From contig JAQUPL010000007.1 of assembly GCA_028716565.1 (NCBI GenBank), positions 10,819 through 74,818 of the forward strand: a DNA stretch of 64,000 nucleotides, in the 5' to 3' direction. Positions 57,666 to 64,000 of the stretch are shown one piece after another. The first letter of the stretch is position 1. Every line of letters begins with the position of its first letter. The translations under genes were made by a program, and so were the position numbers. Origin of the DNA: Candidatus Omnitrophota bacterium (GTDB taxonomy: Bacteria > Omnitrophota > Gorgyraeia > Pluralincolimonadales > Pluralincolimonadaceae). The notes beneath the pieces were generated by a model, which saw nothing but the letters and a program-made list of their open reading frames with translations, was not told where the DNA came from and searched no databases.

Positions 57666-58034
57666 TTATTTCTTTTCGGCTGGCCAGGATTCCTCTACGG
57701 ACTTTCCGGGCATCTCTGCCGTACCCACGACCCCGGTCTTTACCGTATCTGCCGTCCCGGTAACGGGAGTTGTAAGTATCTTTTCAGGCGCGCCTTTCTC
57801 GCCTGTTAACGTCCCGCCTACAGCTTTCCCTTCGTCCGCCACGGTCCCGACGGCCTTCATACCCGTATCTCCAACGACCTGGGCGGAATCCTTAGCGGCA
57901 TTGAACGGCCAGTGGAACACGCCGCGCCAGAACTTCACAAAACCGTTCTCCTGCTGCTCTGCCGCGCATGCCGAACCGGCTACCATGCACGTTACGACCA
58001 TTACCGCCAATACCAACAATGCTAACTTCTTCAT
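57666..58034 (-). CDS. secreted hypothetical protein
   Basis: Signal peptide MKKLALLVLAVMVVTCMVAGSACA; G/T-rich repeats. Confidence 0.4.
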   Translation of the reverse strand: MKKLALLVLAVMVVTCMVAGSACAAEQQENGFVKFWRGVFHWPFNAAKDSAQVVGDTGMKAVGTVADEGKAVGGTLTGEKGAPEKILTTPVTGTADTVKTGVVGTAEMPGKSVEESWPAEKK

Positions 58035-58104
58035 CTACTTCCCCCTTTTAATGAGCCCGACGATCGGGGCGAATTATGTCCGCCAAGATATTTGGCGGAC
58101 TTCC

Positions 58105-58293
58105 TTACTCTTCTATCGAGATAGCTTCAACAGGACAGCTATCCTTGGCTTCTTTGCAGGTTTCCTCGGCTGCTTGTGGTACCGGATTGACTTTCACGGA
58201 AGCGATATCACTTTTCATCTCGAAAACTTCCGGGCATATATTAGTGCAGAGCTCGCATCCGGTGCAGAGATTCGGATCTACCTTCGCTTTCAT
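58105..58293 (-). CDS. 4Fe-4S ferredoxin
   Basis: CTGCELCTNICP plus a second Cys cluster CKEAKDSCP. Confidence 0.7.
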   Translation of the reverse strand: MKAKVDPNLCTGCELCTNICPEVFEMKSDIASVKVNPVPQAAEETCKEAKDSCPVEAISIEE

Positions 58294-58985
58294 CTGGTCA
58301 CCTCCTCCATACCCTCCATAAGCAACTCTTCGGCTAAACGCCCTTCTTTATCCGTAATCTGTCCTTCGAGGAATTCAGCCTGTAATTGTTTAGAGAGGCG
58401 GTTTATGAATATATTTAAAGCATTATTATACGACCATTTACGCCAAACGTCAAGTGGCAAACTGACCTCGCCCTGGTGCAATACGACCCCGAACCTGCGC
58501 CTCTGGGCCGCACCGGCTATCTTCTTGCCGCGAGAGACTACATCCGACCTGACAGGCAGGGCAAAACACGAACCGAACGCTTTGGCCGGGACCGAAACAG
58601 GGACATAAAGCTCGGCCTCAAGGCCCAATTGTTTCACCGCGGCGGCGACGCCTTCGTGTATATGGCGGTATGACGCGGCGGTCCCTTCCGGCATCACGCC
58701 TGAGCGCTCGCCGAAGACCAGGGAATACGTGATCCCTAGCTCGTCATGGTATACCGAACCGCCGCCGGTTGGCCGCCGGACGATCGGGACGCTGCTCTTA
58801 AGGAACGGGCTATCGTCAAGCCGCTGGAATTTCCCGATAGAGACGCATGGGTATGTCCAACGGTATACTCTCAGGGTGGGTGCTGACGGTTCTTCCGCCA
58901 TAGACTGCATGATCGCCTCGTCGAGGGCCATGTTGGGCCCCGGCTCGCGGGCGCCGTCTATTATCAGGCGCCAGATTTTTTCCAT
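58290..58985 (-). CDS. lipoate/octanoate-protein ligase (BPL_LplA_LipB family)
   Basis: 231 aa; LplA/LipB catalytic-domain pattern. Adjacent to gcv genes whose H-protein needs lipoylation. Confidence 0.65.
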   Translation of the reverse strand: MEKIWRLIIDGAREPGPNMALDEAIMQSMAEEPSAPTLRVYRWTYPCVSIGKFQRLDDSPFLKSSVPIVRRPTGGGSVYHDELGITYSLVFGERSGVMPEGTAASYRHIHEGVAAAVKQLGLEAELYVPVSVPAKAFGSCFALPVRSDVVSRGKKIAGAAQRRRFGVVLHQGEVSLPLDVWRKWSYNNALNIFINRLSKQLQAEFLEGQITDKEGRLAEELLMEGMEEVTR

Positions 58986-60418
58986 CTTAAGTTAAGCTCC
59001 CTTGCGGCGAGGACTTCATCGAGCCTGCGGACAGGGGTTATATGCGGCGCCCCGGTCAAGAGCGAAGCGTCAGACCTGGCTTCCGCGGCTATCTTTATCA
59101 TCGTTTCGGCGAAGGCGTCGAGCGTCTCTTTCGACTCGGTCTCGGTCGGCTCTATCATTATCGCCTCCTCGACTATAAGCGGGAAATATACCGTCGGCGC
59201 GTGGAACCCGTAATCCAGGAGGCGTTTCGCGATATCGAGCGTCTTTACGCCGAACTCCTTCTTATCCTTCCCTGTTAGGACAAATTCGTGCATGCACGGT
59301 TCGTCTTCGACGGCGAGCTGATAGTCGTTCTTGAGTTTCGCTTTCAGGTAATTCGCGTTAAGGACCGCCTCGAACGTGGCATCCTTCAGGCCGTCCGAGC
59401 CGAGAGACTTCATATAACAATATGCCCTTATTATCACGCCCGTGTTCCCATAAAAGGCGCGGACCTTGCCGATCGACCTCTTCTGGTCGTAATCGAGCGA
59501 GAGCTTGTTTCTCTTCTGTTTTATCCTGGGAATGGGAAGGAAATCGGCCAGATGGGCCTTTACGCCGACCGGCCCGGACCCCGGCCCGCCGCCGCCGTGC
59601 GGCGTGGAGAAAGTTTTATGAAGGTTCACATGGCATACATCGAATCCCATGTCCCCGGGCCTGGCCACGCCGAGAAGCGCGTTCAGGTTCGCGCCGTCCA
59701 GGTAAAGGAGCGCGCCGGCCTTATGGACTATATCGGCTATCTCTTTGACGTTCTTCTCGAAGAGGCCGAGCGTATTCGGGTTTGTAAGCATCAGGACCGC
59801 GACCTCATTGTCCATCGCGGCCTTCAGCGAGTCAATGTCTATGCGGCCCGCCTTATCGGACCTTACCGTGACTACCTCATATCCACATAACGCCGCGGAC
59901 GCCGGGTTGGTCCCGTGCGCCGAATCGGGTATCACGACTTTCTTGCGGGGACTGCCTTTTGAAGTATGGTATGCCCTGACGATGAGCATGCCGGTAAGCT
60001 CTCCGTGCGCGCCGGCCGCGGGCTGGAGAGTGAAAGCATCCATCCCGCAGATCTTGCAAAGGGCCTGTTCCGTCTCATAAAGCACCTCCAGCATCCCCTG
60101 CACGCTCGTTTCCGGCTGGTACGGGTGTAGCCCTGTAAATTGCGGCAACCCGGCCATCTTATCGTTTATCTTCGGATTATATTTCATCGTGCATGAACCG
60201 AGCGGATAGAAATTCGTATCGATGGAATAATTCAGCTGCGACAACCGCGTAAAATGCCGCACGCAGTCGAGCTCGCTGACCTCGGGAAGGTCCGGCCCGT
60301 CCTTACGCAGGCATTCCTGCGGGATAAACGATTTTATATCGGCGTCCGGCACGTCAAGTTTCGGGAGAGTATATCCCTTCCTGCCGGGGCTGCTTATTTC
60401 GAATATAAGTTTTTCCAT
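58964..60418 (-). CDS. gcvPB: glycine dehydrogenase (decarboxylating) subunit 2
   Basis: PLP-dependent GcvPB pattern ([19 protein letters not shown]). Confidence 0.9.
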   Translation of the reverse strand: MEKLIFEISSPGRKGYTLPKLDVPDADIKSFIPQECLRKDGPDLPEVSELDCVRHFTRLSQLNYSIDTNFYPLGSCTMKYNPKINDKMAGLPQFTGLHPYQPETSVQGMLEVLYETEQALCKICGMDAFTLQPAAGAHGELTGMLIVRAYHTSKGSPRKKVVIPDSAHGTNPASAALCGYEVVTVRSDKAGRIDIDSLKAAMDNEVAVLMLTNPNTLGLFEKNVKEIADIVHKAGALLYLDGANLNALLGVARPGDMGFDVCHVNLHKTFSTPHGGGGPGSGPVGVKAHLADFLPIPRIKQKRNKLSLDYDQKRSIGKVRAFYGNTGVIIRAYCYMKSLGSDGLKDATFEAVLNANYLKAKLKNDYQLAVEDEPCMHEFVLTGKDKKEFGVKTLDIAKRLLDYGFHAPTVYFPLIVEEAIMIEPTETESKETLDAFAETMIKIAAEARSDASLLTGAPHITPVRRLDEVLAARELNLRWKKSGA

Positions 60419-61752
60419 CAGTGTTTCCCCAGGAGTTCCGCGAACCTGTCGAGGTCATCCTTCGACTTAGTCTCGGTCACGCAGATAAGCATACAATTCT
60501 TCATATCGGCGCGGAACCTGCCGAGCGGCAGGCCGCCTATCATGCCGTGCTTGAGCAGATCGCCTATTATCTTATCCGTCTCTTTGCCGCACCTCACCAC
60601 AAATTCGTTGAAGAACGGCGCGTCGAACATCAGCTCGAACCCGCTCAATTTAAGTATCTTATCCTTAAGGTAATGGCTCTTTAGGACATTCTGTCGCGCG
60701 ACTTCCTTTATCCCTTCCTTGCCTAACAGCGAGAGATGGATGCACGCGGCCAGGGCCATGAGCCCTTCATTGGAGCAGATATTCGATGTCGCCTTCTCCC
60801 TGCGTATATGCTGTTCGCGCGCCTGCATAGTCAGGACGAAACCGCGCTTTCCCTCTATATCTTTCGTCATGCCGGCGACCCTGCCCGGCATCTTGCGCAT
60901 ATGTTTTTCTTTCACCGCGAAGAAACCCAGGTATGGCCCGCCGAAACTCATCGGTATCCCCAGCGGCTGTCCTTCGCCGACTGCGATATCAGCGTTATAC
61001 CCGCCCGGAGCTTTTAATATGCCGAGCGATACCGGATTTACGCAGGCGATCAGGAGAGCGCCGCAGGAATGGCAGATGGATTCAACCTCGTCGACCTTCT
61101 CGATGCAGCCGAAGAAATTCGGGTTCTGGACGATCACGCAGGCAGTGGAATCGTTCGCTTCTTTTTTTAACGCCGTTTCGTCGAAGAGGCCGCCTGCATG
61201 CGGTATCTCGACAAATTCTATCTTATACCCTTCAAGGTATGTCTTTATTACCTGCCTGTACTCGGGATGCAGGGAGCTTGAGAATATGACACGGCTCCTG
61301 CCGGTCTCTTTTACGGCGAGAATGACGGCCTCGGCCAAAGCTGATGCGCCGTCGTACATCGAGGCGTTGGCAACGTCCATTCCGGTCAATTCGCAGATAA
61401 GGCTTTGGTATTCGTATATCGCCTGAAGTGTTCCCTGGCTCGCCTCGGCTTGGTACGGCGTATACGCGGTAAGAAATTCCCCCCTTGAGATCAGCGATTC
61501 GACGGCCTGCGGGATATAATGCTCGTACGCGCCGCCGCCAAGGAAGGAAACCAGTTTCTGGGTAGAATAATCCTTCCCTGCCTTATCAAGCATGAGCTTT
61601 TTCAGCTCAAGTTCGGAGATGCCTTCGGCCAGATCGAGCTTCTGCAGGCGAAACTCTTTGGGGATGGCGCTGAAAAGATCTTCTGAGGATGCCGCTCCTA
61701 TAACGCCGAGCATCTCTTTCTTATCTTTATCGGTATGGGGCGAGTACTTCAA
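60418..61752 (-). CDS. gcvPA: glycine dehydrogenase (decarboxylating) subunit 1
   Basis: GcvPA pattern; stop overlaps the gcvPB start. Confidence 0.9.
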   Translation of the reverse strand: MKYSPHTDKDKKEMLGVIGAASSEDLFSAIPKEFRLQKLDLAEGISELELKKLMLDKAGKDYSTQKLVSFLGGGAYEHYIPQAVESLISRGEFLTAYTPYQAEASQGTLQAIYEYQSLICELTGMDVANASMYDGASALAEAVILAVKETGRSRVIFSSSLHPEYRQVIKTYLEGYKIEFVEIPHAGGLFDETALKKEANDSTACVIVQNPNFFGCIEKVDEVESICHSCGALLIACVNPVSLGILKAPGGYNADIAVGEGQPLGIPMSFGGPYLGFFAVKEKHMRKMPGRVAGMTKDIEGKRGFVLTMQAREQHIRREKATSNICSNEGLMALAACIHLSLLGKEGIKEVARQNVLKSHYLKDKILKLSGFELMFDAPFFNEFVVRCGKETDKIIGDLLKHGMIGGLPLGRFRADMKNCMLICVTETKSKDDLDRFAELLGKH

Positions 61753-61753
61753 A

Positions 61754-62143
61754 TCAATGCGCTCCGGTCTTTATGAATTCCAGGTAATCCTTTTGCGTCA
61801 TCAGTGAATCTGCCTCGGACTTGTCCTTTATCTCGATCGCGAAGAACCAGCCCTCTTCATAGGGCGACTTGTTGACCAGAGAAGGGTCCTTTTCGACCGC
61901 ATCGTTCGCTTTTATTATCTTCCCGGACACCGGGGCGTATATCGAGAAGGCGGCCTTTACCGATTCCACTACCGCGGCTTCGCCTGCCTTCGCAACTTCT
62001 TTACCGATTTTAGGAAGTTCGACGAAGACAACGTCGGTTATCTCTTTCTGGGCGTGGTCTGTTATGCCTACGTAACCGGTGTTGCCCTCGACCCTAAGCC
62101 ATTCATGCGTCTTCGTAAAACGCAGTTTCTCCAGATCGACCAT
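61754..62143 (-). CDS. gcvH: glycine cleavage system H protein
   Basis: Lipoyl-lysine context ESVKAAFSIYAPVSG; 129 aa. Confidence 0.9.
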   Translation of the reverse strand: MVDLEKLRFTKTHEWLRVEGNTGYVGITDHAQKEITDVVFVELPKIGKEVAKAGEAAVVESVKAAFSIYAPVSGKIIKANDAVEKDPSLVNKSPYEEGWFFAIEIKDKSEADSLMTQKDYLEFIKTGAH

Positions 62144-62169
62144 TATTTCTTCCTCCTGCTTGTCCCGCG

Positions 62170-63270
62170 CTAATTTTTGGCGCGGCGATAAAATGGCGTC
62201 TCAACAACTACGGCCTTCTTCTTTTCGCCGTGGACTATCACATCGAAAGTCCCGCCGGTCTTGGAATCTTCCGGCGCGACATAAGCAAAACCTATATTTT
62301 CTTTCAAGGTGGGCGAATAAGTCCCGCTCGTAACTATGCCGGCACTCTTCCCGCCCTTTTCTATGGCATATCCGGTGCGAGGAATGGCTTTGTCGAGCAT
62401 CTTAAATCCCACCAATACCTCTTTAATCCCCTTCGCCTTCCTCTCGAGTATAGCTTTTTTGCCGATGAAATCCTTGCTGAGGTCGAGAGTCCTCTCCAGC
62501 CCCGACTCTAACGGCGTCTTTGATTCGTCGGTATCGACGCCATAAAGCGGGCATCCCGCCTCGAGCCTTAAGGTGTCCCTCGAGCCCAGCCCGGCCGGGA
62601 TGAGGCCATATCCTTTCCCGGAGGCCAGGATATCGTTCCAGACCTTTATGCACTTGCCTGCCGGTATGAACATCTCGAACCCGTCCTCGCCTGTGTATCC
62701 GCTCCTCGAAAGGAGCGCGTAAGAACCGTAGACTTCGGTCTCGACAAAATGGCGGTGTTTGAGCTGGTCGATGTAGGCTTTACAAAAGTGAGACAATATC
62801 TGCTGCGAGGCCGGCCCCTGGATAGCTATCCCTCCGAGCGAATCGTTTATATCTTTTATATCGACCCCTTCCGTTTTATGGGACCGTATCCACGCGAGGT
62901 CTTTTTCGAAGGTCGAGGCGTTCACGATAAGGATATACCTGTCTTTACCCGCGTTATATATGAAGGCGTCATCAAGGGTCCCGCCGTTATCGTTACATAA
63001 CGGGGAATAGACTATACCTCCCGGGAGGGCCTTTTCTATATTGTTAGTGAAGATCTTCTGAAGGAATTCTTTCGAGGACTTTCCGGAGACTTCGAGCTTT
63101 CCGAGGTGGGAGATATCAAAAAGCCCGGCTTTTGTGCGGGTGGCGTTATGCTCCTCAATAATGCTCGTATACTGGATGGGTAAAAGCCAGCCGTGGAAAG
63201 AAACGATCTTCGCGTTAAGACCCTTGTGCGCCTCGTAGAGGGGGGTCTTCCTGTCTTCAGTGGAAGTCAT
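62170..63270 (-). CDS. gcvT: glycine cleavage system aminomethyltransferase T
   Basis: TPLYEAH ... GWLLPIQY ... DISHLGKLEV GcvT pattern. Confidence 0.9.
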   Translation of the reverse strand: MTSTEDRKTPLYEAHKGLNAKIVSFHGWLLPIQYTSIIEEHNATRTKAGLFDISHLGKLEVSGKSSKEFLQKIFTNNIEKALPGGIVYSPLCNDNGGTLDDAFIYNAGKDRYILIVNASTFEKDLAWIRSHKTEGVDIKDINDSLGGIAIQGPASQQILSHFCKAYIDQLKHRHFVETEVYGSYALLSRSGYTGEDGFEMFIPAGKCIKVWNDILASGKGYGLIPAGLGSRDTLRLEAGCPLYGVDTDESKTPLESGLERTLDLSKDFIGKKAILERKAKGIKEVLVGFKMLDKAIPRTGYAIEKGGKSAGIVTSGTYSPTLKENIGFAYVAPEDSKTGGTFDVIVHGEKKKAVVVETPFYRRAKN

Positions 63271-63273
63271 CTA

Positions 63274-64000
63274 TTATTCTTCTAGCTCTATGCTTATCCT
63301 GGCGTCTATCGCCATGCTTCCGCCTTTCCCTTCAGCCGGGAAGACCTTAAGCGGGTTTATGTCGAGCTCTTTTATCATGGGGAAATCCGTGACCAGTTGC
63401 GAAAGCCTGAGCAGCCCTTCTTTTATCGAATCTATATCCGCGGGTTTCTCGCCGCGGGCGCCTTTAAGGAGCGCGGCCGATTTTATCGAATCTACCATTT
63501 CAGCAGCCTCGCGCGGCAGTATCGGGGCTATCCTGAAAGACACGTCCTTGAGCACCTCGACGTAGATGCCGCCGAGCCCGAACATAAGCATCGGCCCGAA
63601 TTGCGCGTCTTTCGACATGCCCAGTATGACCTCTTTCCCTCCCGAGACCATCTCCTGGACGAGGACGCCGAGGATATTCGCGTTCGGCACCGCAGCCTTG
63701 GACTTCTCTATTATCTCATCAAACGCCGCTTCGACTTCCTTCGCATCCTTGAGCCCGACCTTGACCCCTCCCACGTCCGATTTATGAAGTATATCAGGCG
63801 AGGATATCTTCATCACGACCGGAAAACCGGTCTTCTCGGCCGCGGAGCGCGCCTCGGCCGCAGTCTTAGCAAGGGTACTCTTAGGCAGCCTGAACCCGTA
63901 ACTTTCTATGATATCGCGCGCGGTATATTCGGGAATCTCTTTCTGCCCGGACTTGGCTGCCGCGTCGAGGATCTTTTTTACCCTGTCCTTGTCGACCTTG
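63274..64000 (-). CDS. acyl-CoA synthetase (NDP-forming) / acetate--CoA ligase (ADP-forming) family protein, C-terminal part (gene continues beyond the window end)
   Basis: ATP-grasp_5-like ... MKISSPDILHKSDVGGVKVGL ... Frame stays open to position 64000 (KVDKDRVKKILDAA ...). Confidence 0.55.
   Translation of the reverse strand, partial: KVDKDRVKKILDAAAKSGQKEIPEYTARDIIESYGFRLPKSTLAKTAAEARSAAEKTGFPVVMKISSPDILHKSDVGGVKVGLKDAKEVEAAFDEIIEKSKAAVPNANILGVLVQEMVSGGKEVILGMSKDAQFGPMLMFGLGGIYVEVLKDVSFRIAPILPREAAEMVDSIKSAALLKGARGEKPADIDSIKEGLLRLSQLVTDFPMIKELDINPLKVFPAEGKGGSMAIDARISIELEE

Noticed and set aside
1-64000. CRISPR arrays, rRNA genes, insertion-sequence transposases
   Set aside because: No regularly spaced direct repeats, no rRNA-like conserved stretches and no DDE/IS transposase ORFs were seen on either strand.

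Overview
This 64 kb window appears to come from a diderm (Gram-negative-type) bacterium with roughly mid-50s % G+C by eye. Most genes are on the minus strand and are housekeeping functions. These include smpB (partial), a GlgP-like phosphorylase, tRNA-Leu(CAG), Mla lipid-transport genes next to an RsbV/RsbW-like pair, accA, folE, mnmE, folC and purH. Further along are a KamA-like lysine 2,3-aminomutase with two Ddl-like ATP-grasp ligases, a DNA glycosylase, dcd, the class II ribonucleotide reductase nrdJ, gpmA, a UvrD/PcrA helicase, tatAC, a GH5 hydrolase and a membrane-fused spermidine-synthase-like protein. The right end carries ispB, an AmmeMemoRadiSam radical SAM enzyme, a LeuA-like/MDH/LeuCD-like operon, and the glycine cleavage system (gcvT, gcvH, gcvPA, gcvPB) with a lipoate ligase. 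The main non-core feature is a roughly 14.6 kb, visibly AT-rich integrative island inserted into comM (Mg-chelatase-like competence gene), which is split at its conserved NPCP|CG motif. The island (about 3531..18092) carries a large serine recombinase, XRE-type HTH regulators, a Ymh-type HEPN toxin paired with a minimal nucleotidyltransferase, a zinc-ribbon protein with a nucleoside-2-deoxyribosyltransferase-like C-terminal domain, and a co-directional array of about 13 small membrane proteins with no recognisable domains. It is a candidate defence or accessory system. Other features are a REP/MITE-like palindrome present twice, 42 kb apart, and a structured RNA-like element plus a start-codon-sequestering hairpin upstream of a NUDIX gene.
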